Assembly: GCA_949741215.1 (NCBI GenBank) | Contig: CATJLA010000101.1 | Span: 5,355 to 69,354, forward strand | DNA: 64,000 bases | Reading direction: 5' to 3' | DNA from: an uncultured Oscillospiraceae bacterium | GTDB taxonomy: Bacteria; Bacillota; Clostridia; Oscillospirales; Ruminococcaceae | In this document: piece after piece, positions 27,356 to 36,274 of the stretch | Layout of the letters: each line of letters starts with the position of its first letter | How positions within the stretch are numbered: position 1 is the first letter of the stretch | Program-made: the position numbers and the translations under genes | The notes under the pieces: model-generated | Databases searched by the model: none | Seen by the model: the letters and a program-made list of their open reading frames with translations, nothing else | Told to the model about the DNA's origin: nothing

Positions 27356-30300
27356 TCAGCACTCTCCTTTCCCGGACGAATCGTCCCCCAGCAGGCGGAA
27401 AACCTCCTGGTCGCTCATGGCGCAAAGCTCCCGGCGCTTGGAGGAGTTCTCCTCCCTGCCGCACCCCGCCTGATAATCACACCAGCCGCAGGGGGTAAAC
27501 TCCGGGCTTTCCGCCGGCAGATTATCGATGTTACCTGCCATCAGGCTTTCGCCCATTTTGATAATTACCTGCTCCACATGCTCCCGCAGCCTGCCTAAAT
27601 GAGCAAGGCTTGCTACCGAGGACCCTCGGGAAAGGCTGCCGTCCTTATTGGACTTTACCGGAATATACACCCCTTTTGCCCCTGGCTCCATGGCATTGAT
27701 GACCTCCGGGTCGTCCAGCACAAGGCCGTCCATCCGGAAATTTTTGGTAAATTGCTGCTGCACACCGGCTTCCGCTTCGTCCCGAAAGGCCGAAACCGGC
27801 TCCGCCCGGGCCGGCAGATACAGCACACCTGCAGGCAGCACGCCCTCCAGTTCACCTTTGCCCTTTTCGCACAGGGTAAACAGGTACAGAAGCATTTGCA
27901 GGTTCAGCCCCTGGTAAACCTCGCTCAGCCGGAACTTTTTGCTGCCGGATTTATAATCAATCACCCGGATATACTTGCTGCCGTCCTCCCTGGTCAGCAG
28001 GTCTACCCGGTCCACCACGCCCTCCACTGTTACAGTACCGCCGCCGGCCAGTTTTAAGGTCAGCGGCTCCACCGCTTCGGGACGTCCTGCAATGGGCAGC
28101 TCCAATCCCACAGGACGGAACCTGCTCTGGCAAAGCTCCTGCACCAGGTGGTTCACCAGCTTTTGCAAAAGGCTCTGCAGGCGGCTGTACAGGTAATCAA
28201 ACCGGGCAGGCCGCTTGGATTTTTGCACCAAAACCTGCTCCAAATACTGTTTTAAGGCGTCTGCAATCAGCTTTTGCAGGACGTCCTGCTCCATTGCGTT
28301 CAGCTGCTCCGGGGTGTAGCCGGCAAGCAGCGCTGCCAGCACAAAGTGGATTACCGAGCCGGATTCCAAGGGGGAAAGCTCCGCCCGGGAGCGCTTTTTC
28401 AGCCGCAGGGCATACTGGCAGAAGTACAAAAAAGGGCAGCTTTCGTAAGCCTCCACCTTGCTGGGGGAAAGCACCAGCCGTTCCCCAAATAACCTTTTGG
28501 CGGCGGGCAGGTCGGTAAGCAGGTAGCCCTGCTCCTGCAAAAGCCCTTCCAGCACCGGCAGCCGCTTGCCGCTGGGGCGGTTCTCCAGCAGCCGGGCCAA
28601 AGCGGCGGCGCCGGGCAGCGGCTTTTCCCCGCCTATCCGGCGGCAAAGCCCTTCCAGCGCCGTTTTCTCGTTTACTACCCGGAAGAACGGCTCCGGGTCA
28701 CAAAGCCCGCCGGCCTCCCTTAGCTGCTCGTCCTGGCGGTTGGGGAAAATACGCTCTATCTGCTCCAACAAAACAGAAGGGGCTTTTGCGCCTCCTGTCA
28801 TATCGGCAGCGGTGTGGCATAGATACAGCCGCCGGGAGGGGGAAAGGGCCGCCGCATAGGCAAAGTACTTTTCCCCCACCGCCCGCTGGGCTGCCGTTTC
28901 TGAAAGCTCCAACCCGCTTTGGGTAAGCAGTTGACGTTCACTGTCTGAAAGCAGCCCTCCGCCTGCAATTTTGGCAGGAAATTCCCCTTGGTTCACCCCA
29001 ATAAGAAACACCGCCTTCGGCTTTCCGGGACGAATCCGGTCCGCCGCGCCAACTGTCACCTGGTCCATCGTCTGGGGGATCAGGGCAATCTCACAGCTTT
29101 GCAGGCCCAGCCGCAGCAGCTCTCCAAACCGCACCTTGGGGAACCGCACCCCTTTCAAAATCCCCGCTGTTTGATCCAGCAGATCCACAAATTTATCCCA
29201 CAGCTGAGGGCTCCAGGGGTCATCCTGCTGCCACAGCCGCTGGGTCGCCCCGGTTTCCTCTAAGTACTCATACACTGCACGGGCAAAGCCCTCTCCATCA
29301 CAGCTCTCAATCTTGGCGGAAAGCCGGAACAACGGCTCCGCTATCCTCTGCCGGGCCGCCTCAATCCGCTCCAGCCGCTCCGCCTCCTCTAAGGACAAAC
29401 TGCCTCCAAATCCATCCGGGTGTTCCTGAAAGGCCTCTCCCCACTGCCCTCTGCCAATCCTCCAGGTATAGCAGTAGTTATCCAGCATGGCGGCATCGTC
29501 AGAGGATACCCCCAAAAGAGGAGATTTGGAAAGCCGAATCACACTGTCGGTATCCAAACCGCTGCCCCGCACCGCCTCCAAGGCGGTAAGCACCAGGCTG
29601 GGCAGAGGCTGGCCCTCAATATCCAGCCGCCTGTCCATAAAGTAGGGGATCTCATACTTCTCAAAGATTGATTCCAGCGGGGGAATCAGTTCCTCCATGG
29701 AGCGTCCAATTACCGCAACGTCCCGGAACCGAAGCCCCTCGCCCCGCACCAGCCTCCAAATAGCCGAGGCCACATACTCCAGCTGATCGTAAGGATTTTC
29801 ACACCGCACCACCTGTACCGCCTCGCACAGTTCCTCAAAGGGCTGGGGCGTGGGGGCAAACAGCTGGTGGGAAAGGTGAGCAAGCTCCGGCGTCTCAAAC
29901 CGCTTTGGGACGTCCAGCATCACCGGGCTTGCTACCGGTACCGAAAGTTTCGCCGCCATCCGCAGCAGCCTGCCGATAGTCTCCTGCACGGGAGAAAACA
30001 CTCCGGTACCCTGGCGGCTGTCATACAGGCCGTTGCAGCAAAAGGCAAAGGTGACGTCCTGAGCGCCGGAAAGCATTTGCTCCAGCATCCGAAACTCTCC
30101 GAACATAAAGCCCTTAAAGGAATCAAAGAACAGCGAGCAGCCCTTAAAAAAATCTCTGCCCTCCAGCAGCCTGCAGGCACGGATCAGATCGTCCTTTTGG
30201 TCGGCAAAGCTCTTTTCCAGCAGGCTTTGGTACAGGGTATAGATCAGGGAAAGCTCCTCCACCTTCCCGCGCAGTATAGGGTCAGCGATGGTTTTCCCTT

Positions 30301-30715
30301 GCTCCCGCAGCTCTTCCGGGGGGATGCCCGCGTTTTTGAACTCCCCCACCATTTCCACCATGGCAGTAAGCATGGCGCTGCCGGAAAGCCTTGCGGAGTA
30401 GAGCTCCAAGCTGTCCCGCAGCTCCTGCAAGGTAATGCTCATCAGCATATGGCGGGCACTGTCGTCCACATAACGGCCGGCCAGGCCGCCATATTCCCGG
30501 AAAATCAGCTCCGCCAGCCGGCTAAAGCTGAGTACTTCCATCTGAGCAGAATAGCTGAAGCCCATTTGCTCATACATAGCCCGTTCCGTTTCAAAGGAGT
30601 ACTGTTCCGGCACCAAAACCAGCACCCGTTTGCCCTGTTTTGCCGCCTGGGCCGCCTGCTGCTGGAGCAGGGTTGTTTTCCCGGTTCCTGCTTGCCCTAA
30701 AATAAAGTGAACCAT
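27356..30715 (-). CDS. addB: ATP-dependent helicase/nuclease subunit B (AddB)
   Basis: N-terminal GQAGTGKTTLL, 1119 aa. The C-terminal nuclease carries Fe-S cysteines (C...CGWCDYQAGC). Confidence 0.9.
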   Translation of the reverse strand: MVHFILGQAGTGKTTLLQQQAAQAAKQGKRVLVLVPEQYSFETERAMYEQMGFSYSAQMEVLSFSRLAELIFREYGGLAGRYVDDSARHMLMSITLQELRDSLELYSARLSGSAMLTAMVEMVGEFKNAGIPPEELREQGKTIADPILRGKVEELSLIYTLYQSLLEKSFADQKDDLIRACRLLEGRDFFKGCSLFFDSFKGFMFGEFRMLEQMLSGAQDVTFAFCCNGLYDSRQGTGVFSPVQETIGRLLRMAAKLSVPVASPVMLDVPKRFETPELAHLSHQLFAPTPQPFEELCEAVQVVRCENPYDQLEYVASAIWRLVRGEGLRFRDVAVIGRSMEELIPPLESIFEKYEIPYFMDRRLDIEGQPLPSLVLTALEAVRGSGLDTDSVIRLSKSPLLGVSSDDAAMLDNYCYTWRIGRGQWGEAFQEHPDGFGGSLSLEEAERLERIEAARQRIAEPLFRLSAKIESCDGEGFARAVYEYLEETGATQRLWQQDDPWSPQLWDKFVDLLDQTAGILKGVRFPKVRFGELLRLGLQSCEIALIPQTMDQVTVGAADRIRPGKPKAVFLIGVNQGEFPAKIAGGGLLSDSERQLLTQSGLELSETAAQRAVGEKYFAYAAALSPSRRLYLCHTAADMTGGAKAPSVLLEQIERIFPNRQDEQLREAGGLCDPEPFFRVVNEKTALEGLCRRIGGEKPLPGAAALARLLENRPSGKRLPVLEGLLQEQGYLLTDLPAAKRLFGERLVLSPSKVEAYESCPFLYFCQYALRLKKRSRAELSPLESGSVIHFVLAALLAGYTPEQLNAMEQDVLQKLIADALKQYLEQVLVQKSKRPARFDYLYSRLQSLLQKLVNHLVQELCQSRFRPVGLELPIAGRPEAVEPLTLKLAGGGTVTVEGVVDRVDLLTREDGSKYIRVIDYKSGSKKFRLSEVYQGLNLQMLLYLFTLCEKGKGELEGVLPAGVLYLPARAEPVSAFRDEAEAGVQQQFTKNFRMDGLVLDDPEVINAMEPGAKGVYIPVKSNKDGSLSRGSSVASLAHLGRLREHVEQVIIKMGESLMAGNIDNLPAESPEFTPCGWCDYQAGCGREENSSKRRELCAMSDQEVFRLLGDDSSGKGEC

Positions 30716-30748
30716 TGCTGTTCTCCATTTCCCATGTATAGTGACATT

Positions 30749-30777
30749 ATTATAGCATGAACGGCAATAAAGTACAA
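30749..30777 (-). promoter_or_regulatory. Candidate sigma-A promoter for addBA
   Basis: Minus strand reads TTGTAC, a 17-nt spacer, then TATAAT. It lies about 35 nt upstream of the addB start. Confidence 0.55.
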
Positions 30778-30931
30778 TTATTTATACCAAATCCCATTTT
30801 TCGGGACGTAACTGCCGCCTTTTCATCTCATGCCAGCGTTTTTCTCCCCTTTCCAGCGTGGTCAAACGAATTTCTCTCCCTGTAAAGGGTGGACGAAATG
30901 GTTTTCGCGTTCCCCCGCCCTAACTAAACGC

Positions 30932-30971
30932 AAAAAGAGCCCAAAGCGGAGCAATCGTCCGCTTTGGGCTC
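30932..30971 (-). terminator. Rho-independent terminator after aroD
   Basis: Minus strand: GAGCCCAAAGCGG-acgattgct-CCGCTTTGGGCTC followed by TTTTTG. Confidence 0.85.
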
Positions 30972-30984
30972 AAGTTTTCCACAA

Positions 30985-31767
30985 TCAGGAAAGATTTTGG
31001 TGAAGAACCTCCAGCATCTCCGCCAGCGTCCCCGCGTCAATCTGCCCGGGAGCAGAGGCCTTTCCCGCCGCGCCAAAGGTCATGGCACTGCCAAAGCACT
31101 CTCCGGCAATCCGGCTTAAAAGGCCCATCCCCCTCATGGACATGGTAACCACCGGCCCGTCAATTTTCCGGCTGGCCTCTTGGGTGGCACACAGCAGCTC
31201 CAGCAGGTCCTCCGGGCTGTTGGGAGTAACCGCCAGCTTAGGCAAATCTGCACCTAATTCAGCCATTCGAACCAGCCTGCCTGCCATCTCCTGCCGGGAG
31301 GGCGTTTTCACAAAGTCATGGCTGGAAACCACCGCAGCTACCCCCGCCTTTTTGGCGGCGGCAATCAGCCGTTCCGCCAAGCCGGCAAAGGGCAGCAGCT
31401 CAATGTCCACCAAATCCGCCAACCCGGAGGCAATAACCCCCTCCAACAGCTTCCGATAGGCAGCGGCGTCAAACACACCGGCATAAGCGCCCCCCTCCGC
31501 TTTCGTCCGAAAAGTAACCAGCAAAGGGCAGTTTTGCAGCCGTGACGCCACAAATTCCAGCAGCTCCATCGTGTAAGCGGTGTCCTCCGGCCGGTCCAGA
31601 TGATCCACCCGCCACTCTACCAAATCGCAGGTGCCGCTTTCCACAAAGGGATGCAGCTCTGCCAAGCCCTGCTCCAGCTCCTGCCGGTTTTTTCCCATCA
31701 ACGGGATGCAAAGCTTTGGCTTTCCCTCCCCAAAAATCAGGTTTTTTACTCGAACGGTGCGGCTCAT
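30985..31767 (-). CDS. aroD: 3-dehydroquinate dehydratase, type I
   Basis: 260 aa reading KLCIPLMGKNRQEL...DLVEWRVDHL...VVTMSMRGMG, a typical type I DHQase pattern. Confidence 0.85.
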   Translation of the reverse strand: MSRTVRVKNLIFGEGKPKLCIPLMGKNRQELEQGLAELHPFVESGTCDLVEWRVDHLDRPEDTAYTMELLEFVASRLQNCPLLVTFRTKAEGGAYAGVFDAAAYRKLLEGVIASGLADLVDIELLPFAGLAERLIAAAKKAGVAAVVSSHDFVKTPSRQEMAGRLVRMAELGADLPKLAVTPNSPEDLLELLCATQEASRKIDGPVVTMSMRGMGLLSRIAGECFGSAMTFGAAGKASAPGQIDAGTLAEMLEVLHQNLS

Positions 31768-31830
31768 GGCAATCCTTCTCTCTCCGTAAAAGTTATGCTT
31801 TGGGGACGTACCTGCCCACTTCCGTCCCCC

Positions 31831-32445
31831 TTAAAAGAACGGAATTCTGGTGGTAGGCTGAGGCGGCGTCAGCTTCAGTCTGCTTACCACCGGCAGCATC
31901 ATCTGAAAAAACAGCACCAGCACAATTACCTCAACGGGCAACATGCCGATATTTTTTATCAGGCTTTTGGTCAGATAATAAAGATACCCCTTGCCATACA
32001 GAATGGTGCTCCACAACGCCCCTAACCCCACGTTTACCAGCAGATTTACGCAGATTTTACACAAAGTAATCCGCAAAACCGTGATTCTGGCGCGGTAAAA
32101 GAACACCGCGTAGGTAAAAGCACCCATCATGGTGGTAAGGGTGTAACCAGGAAAAAACTCCCCCGTGGGGTGAATAATATACCCCAAAATATCGCTGACA
32201 AACCCTGTACCCAGAGATACCACCGGCCCATAAATCAGCGAACCAAGGGCATTTACAAAAAAACTGAAATAGATCCGCTGGTTCTCCCCGATCGGGATAA
32301 AAAAAGACGAAATCACAATTCGCAGGGCCACCAGCAATGCGGCCACAGCCAGCATCCGCAGCTGTTTGCCCTCCCGGACGGCAGTTTGCCAGTACTCTTT
32401 GGTAAAGGGCAGCGGGAAAAGCTTTGTCTTACTTGGTTCGGTCAC
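31831..32445 (-). CDS. folT: ECF transporter S component, folate family (FolT-like)
   Basis: Multi-TM protein with the typical FolT-like sequence FFIPIGENQRIYFSFFVNALGSLIYGPV... It is preceded by a THF riboswitch. I chose the GTG start at 32445, 8 nt after GAGGAGG. The track ORF is longer. Confidence 0.75.
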   Translation of the reverse strand: MTEPSKTKLFPLPFTKEYWQTAVREGKQLRMLAVAALLVALRIVISSFFIPIGENQRIYFSFFVNALGSLIYGPVVSLGTGFVSDILGYIIHPTGEFFPGYTLTTMMGAFTYAVFFYRARITVLRITLCKICVNLLVNVGLGALWSTILYGKGYLYYLTKSLIKNIGMLPVEVIVLVLFFQMMLPVVSRLKLTPPQPTTRIPFF

Positions 32446-32566
32446 GGTAAAAACCTCCTCACAATGCTGGGGACGTAACAGCTGCGGGACGTCCCGGAAG
32501 CAGAACCGGGAGCCCAAAAGGCAAAAAACACCTGCGGCACAGCAAAACTGTTTTTGCCTCACAACT

Positions 32567-32596
32567 GTAAAAAGGGCAGCTGAACTTCAGCCGCCC
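32567..32596 (-). terminator. Terminator hairpin of the THF riboswitch expression platform
   Basis: Minus strand: GGGCGGCTGAA-g-TTCAGCTGCCC followed by TTTTTAC. It lies about 90 nt downstream of the aptamer. Confidence 0.7.
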
Positions 32597-32682
32597 TATT
32601 CCCCAAAACGGCTTAGCTATCAGCTTTTTTATGGCTGACAGCGCGTACAAAATGCCGCATAGAGGAGGTTATTCTCCGGTAT

Positions 32683-32805
32683 GCAGCAGCGGGATGCGGA
32701 TTCTGCACCGTAAGCCAACGGCTTTTCGTCCGCCTGACAACTCCCCGTTCAGACGGCACTGGCGCACCCGGAAAACCGGATACAACGCGCAAAATCCTAC
32801 TCTGC
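32683..32805 (-). ncRNA. THF (tetrahydrofolate) riboswitch aptamer
   Basis: Minus strand reads GCAGAGUAGGAUUUUGCGCGUU...ACGGUGCAGAAUCCGCAUCCCGCUGC. This matches the conserved THF-I features as I remember them from the Eubacterium siraeum aptamer (AGAGUAG, GCGUU, GCAUCCGCU, with P1 and P2 pairings). It is upstream of a folT-type gene. Confidence 0.75.
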
Positions 32806-32819
32806 TTTTTCAATATAGT

Positions 32820-32848
32820 ATTGTAACAGAAACCGACAGGAAATGCAA
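32820..32848 (-). promoter_or_regulatory. Candidate sigma-A promoter for THF riboswitch-folT
   Basis: Minus strand reads TTGCAT, a 17-nt spacer, then TACAAT. It lies about 15 nt upstream of the aptamer 5' end. Confidence 0.6.
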
Positions 32849-33044
32849 GCAGCAAGCTGTTTGTTCACTGTTTATTAACAATTCTCCTCAATTTTGCCTT
32901 CATTTTCCCTGATTTTGGCCTGTTTTGGGCTTATTTTGCTCTCCTTTTTTCCTGAATCCCACAGGGGGAAAGCTTAACATCAGCCTTCTGTCATTTCCAT
33001 ATTTTTACAAATCCTGCTTTTTAGGTCAGCCGAAATTTTTTGCA

Positions 33045-33076
33045 GCAAAAAAAGCGGGAAAACTCCCGCTTTTTTC
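33045..33076 (-). terminator. Rho-independent (bidirectional-looking) terminator after the Cys/His-repeat gene
   Basis: AAAAAAAGCGGGAaaacTCCCGCTTTTTTC. Confidence 0.85.
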
Positions 33077-33083
33077 TTTCTTT

Positions 33084-33647
33084 TCAGTGATGATGCCTGC
33101 CGGAGTGATGGGAACCTTGAGAATGATGATATCCATTCCCATAACCGTATTCATAGGCCGGAGCCGTACTGCTTTCCTGCTGCTGTACGGAAGAAGATCT
33201 CTCCGGTTCGGACTGTTGTACCCAGGGGGAAGCCTCCGGTTCAGGCTGCTGTGCAGGCATGAACAGCTGCAGGCCGGCAGCAATCCCATAGGAGCAGCCA
33301 TGCCTGTGCCATAAATTCTGCAAACCGTTGCAGTGGGTGTGCTCCAGGGTACAAAAAGCTTCCGTGCAGTGGGTATGGCTCAGGCTGCAGAGCATTTCAG
33401 GGCAATGCTCATGGCTGGCGGTACAGGCGACGTCTGTACAGTGGCTATGGCTTATGGAACAGGAAATACCGGAGCAATGCAGATGATCAAGGGTACAGCT
33501 CTCACCGGCGCAATGGGTATGGCTGATTCCGCACTGGCCGGAAGCCCCCTGATGATGCGCGGAAACAACAAAAACAGACCCAATACCCAGAGCCGCGGCA
33601 AGGGCAAGGGACACAGCCGCTTTAACAAATGAAAACAGTCTTTTCAT
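33084..33647 (-). CDS. Secreted Cys/His-rich tandem-repeat protein (putative metal-binding), no recognised family
   Basis: Signal-peptide-like N-terminus MKRLFSFVKAAVSLALAAALGIGSVFVVSA. Six consecutive 12-residue units C-x3-H-x-H-C-x4 follow (CGISHTHCAGES, CTLDHLHCSGIS, CSISHSHCTDVA, CTASHEHCPEML, CSLSHTHCTEAF, CTLEHTHCNGLQ). The C-terminus is GYHHSQGSHHSGRHHH. Confidence 0.8.
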   Translation of the reverse strand: MKRLFSFVKAAVSLALAAALGIGSVFVVSAHHQGASGQCGISHTHCAGESCTLDHLHCSGISCSISHSHCTDVACTASHEHCPEMLCSLSHTHCTEAFCTLEHTHCNGLQNLWHRHGCSYGIAAGLQLFMPAQQPEPEASPWVQQSEPERSSSVQQQESSTAPAYEYGYGNGYHHSQGSHHSGRHHH

Positions 33648-33690
33648 TCGGACTTCTCCTTTACTTTATGATGAATTCATTATTATCTCC

Positions 33691-33719
33691 AGTATAGCAG
33701 ACAACAAGGGGTTTGTAAA
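33691..33719 (-). promoter_or_regulatory. Candidate sigma-A promoter for the Cys/His-repeat gene
   Basis: Minus strand reads TTTACA, a 17-nt spacer, then TATACT. A 10-bp palindrome ATGAATTCAT (33671-33680) lies just downstream of the -10. Confidence 0.6.
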
Positions 33720-33755
33720 GGAGAAAGCCGGCTGTTTCCGCGGGCTCGCTGCGGA

Positions 33756-36050
33756 TCATCTGCGATTAAAGTTTATAAGGCATCCGGCTAATATAATCTG
33801 ACGTTCATCGTCGGTGAGGTCGGAGAGCCGCAGGGTTATTTTTTTGGTCTCTCCGCCGTTGCCGGGCAGCACGTATGCGATGATATCCTCCCGCTTTTGC
33901 TCCACAGCCTGCCGCACGCCAGGGATGAAAATGTAATCTCCCAAGGCAAAGGGAAGCGCTTCGTCCCCAAACAGGAAGGGCAGCATGCCCCAGTTGATAA
34001 GATTGCTGCGGTACCGCTTGGTGGCGTACTCACGGGCGATGTTGGCCCAGCCCCCCAGCACCTTTTGGCAGGAGGCCGCCTGCTCCCGGGCAGAGCCGTC
34101 CCCGGGCTTTACAGCGTAAACCAGGCTGCCTACGCCGGTGGCTTTGGGGTCAATCTCCCCGCAGGGCAGCGCTTTTATCCGCGCAAAGACGTCCTGCAGA
34201 GCCGGTTCTGCGGCTATGGGGGAGGTTCCCTCCAGGCGGGCGGCTTCAATCCTTTGCATAGCTTTGGCACGCTCCACATAGCCGGGATCCTTGCGGGAAA
34301 GGGTGAATTCCGCCAGCTTTAAGGGGTTGGAGCGGTAGCTGGAGGTCTCTCCCGAGGGGATCAGCTCATCGGTGGTGGTAACCGGGTCGTGAATTTCTGA
34401 GGCCACCTGCAGCAGCAGGTCCTCTGTTAAGGCGGACATTTTGGGCCAATCGGCAATATTGGGCCCAAGGCGCAGCTCCTGGTAAGGCTGGGCCTTGCCG
34501 TAGCCGTTATAGACACGGTTTTGGTATACCGTCTGATTAAAATAGTACTTGGGCTTGGTAAAGCTCAGGTCCAGGTCAGTTGCGGGAGTTAAAATGCCGC
34601 CGTTGACAGCGGTGGCCGCAATGGAACGGGCGTCCATCAGCGCTACCGAGGCAATCTGGCCGTTCATGGGCTTGGAGCCCTCCCGGTTGGGGAAGTTCCT
34701 GGTAGAGTGGCGGATGCTCAGGCAGTTGTTGGCAGGCACGTCCCCAGCACCGAAGCAGGGGCCACAGAAGGCGGTGCGCACCGTGGCTCCGGCCTCCATA
34801 AACCGGGAAACCGAGCCGTTGGAAACAAGCTCCATAAATACCGGCTGGCTGGAGGGATAAATGCTCAGGGCAAATTCTCCGCTGCCGATAGAGCGGTTGG
34901 CCAGAATATCCGCCACGTCCACTAAGTTATCATAGGTGCCGCCGGCACAGCCCGCAATGACGCCCTGTTCTACCCGAAGCCTGCCGTTTTCGATCTTGTC
35001 GGTCAGTTTGAAGTCCCGGGCGGAAAGCTGCTGGGCCGCGGTTTGTTCTACGGCGTGAAGAATGTCCTTCAGGTTCCGGTTCAGGTCCTCAATAGCATAG
35101 GCGTTGCTGGGGTGGAAGGGCAGGGCAATCATAGGGCGAACCTTTGCAAGATCCACCTCCACCATGCCGTCATAATAGGCTACATCGGCGGGAGAAAGTG
35201 CCCGGTAATCCTGCTCTCTGCCATGGAGGGCGTAAAACTCCCGGATTTTTTCGTCGGTTTTCCAAATAGAGGAAAGGCAGGTGGTTTCGGTTGTCATAAC
35301 GTCAATGCCGCTGCGGTACTCGGCGTTGAGGTTAGCAATGCCGTCACCCACAAACTCCATAACTTTGTTTTTTACATAGCCATTGGCAAAAACCGCTGCA
35401 ATAATGGCAAGGGCGACGTCCTGCGGGCCTACGCCGGGGGCCGGCTTGCCGGTTAAATACACCGCGATAACACCGGGGCGGTTGACGTCATAGGTGCCGC
35501 CCAAAAGCTGCTTGGCAAGCTCGCCGCCGCCCTCGCCAATAGCCATGGTGCCTAAAGCGCCGTAGCGGGTGTGGCTGTCTGACCCAAGGATCATTTTGCC
35601 GCAGCCGGACATCATCTCCCGCATATACTGGTGGATTACCGCCTGATGGGCAGGCACGTAGATGCCCCCGTACTTTTTGGCGGCGGAAAGGCCGAACAGG
35701 TGGTCGTCCTCATTGATAGTGCCCCCAACGGCGCAAAGGCTGTTGTGGCAGTTGGTGAGTACATAGGGCAGGGGGAACTGCTCCATACCGCTGGCCCGGG
35801 CGGTTTGGATAATGCCCACATAGGTAATGTCGTGGGAGGCCATGGCGTCAAACTTGATTTTCAGCTTGTCCATACTGCCGGAGGTGTTGTGAGCCTCTAA
35901 AATCGAGTAAGCCATGGTGCCTTTGGCGGCTTCGGCCTTGTCTGGCAGGGAGCCAAGCTCCTGCTGGAGCTGCCGGGGGGCTTCAGGGGTATCCTCAATG
36001 ACTTTGGCGCCGTTTAGCAGCCAAACGCCGTTTTTGTATAAGCGAATCAT
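33756..36050 (-). CDS. Aconitase-family hydratase (putative aconitate hydratase)
   Basis: 764 aa. It has [12 protein letters not shown] and Fe-S ligand contexts GCAGGTY and FCGPCFG, with a C-terminal swivel domain. Confidence 0.8.
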   Translation of the reverse strand: MIRLYKNGVWLLNGAKVIEDTPEAPRQLQQELGSLPDKAEAAKGTMAYSILEAHNTSGSMDKLKIKFDAMASHDITYVGIIQTARASGMEQFPLPYVLTNCHNSLCAVGGTINEDDHLFGLSAAKKYGGIYVPAHQAVIHQYMREMMSGCGKMILGSDSHTRYGALGTMAIGEGGGELAKQLLGGTYDVNRPGVIAVYLTGKPAPGVGPQDVALAIIAAVFANGYVKNKVMEFVGDGIANLNAEYRSGIDVMTTETTCLSSIWKTDEKIREFYALHGREQDYRALSPADVAYYDGMVEVDLAKVRPMIALPFHPSNAYAIEDLNRNLKDILHAVEQTAAQQLSARDFKLTDKIENGRLRVEQGVIAGCAGGTYDNLVDVADILANRSIGSGEFALSIYPSSQPVFMELVSNGSVSRFMEAGATVRTAFCGPCFGAGDVPANNCLSIRHSTRNFPNREGSKPMNGQIASVALMDARSIAATAVNGGILTPATDLDLSFTKPKYYFNQTVYQNRVYNGYGKAQPYQELRLGPNIADWPKMSALTEDLLLQVASEIHDPVTTTDELIPSGETSSYRSNPLKLAEFTLSRKDPGYVERAKAMQRIEAARLEGTSPIAAEPALQDVFARIKALPCGEIDPKATGVGSLVYAVKPGDGSAREQAASCQKVLGGWANIAREYATKRYRSNLINWGMLPFLFGDEALPFALGDYIFIPGVRQAVEQKREDIIAYVLPGNGGETKKITLRLSDLTDDERQIILAGCLINFNRR

Positions 36051-36129
36051 CCTCAGGTTCTCCTTTTTCTTTGGTTTTAGGACAGAAGCGGGCAGGGTGG
36101 TGCAGGGGTTTCTCTAATTATGTCGATTT

Positions 36130-36158
36130 ATTATAGCACAGCACAAAAGGGCTGTAAA
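36130..36158 (-). promoter_or_regulatory. Candidate sigma-A promoter for the aconitase gene
   Basis: Minus strand reads TTTACA, a 17-nt spacer, then TATAAT. Confidence 0.65.
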
Positions 36159-36274
36159 TACTTTTTGCCGCCTTTTGGCCGGATTCCGGCAATATGTTCA
36201 ATTTTTGCTGTATAAAACCCGCCTTTTCATCCAACACTTTTGCTGGAGAGAAACTAAGGGAAAGGGGAAAGGCT

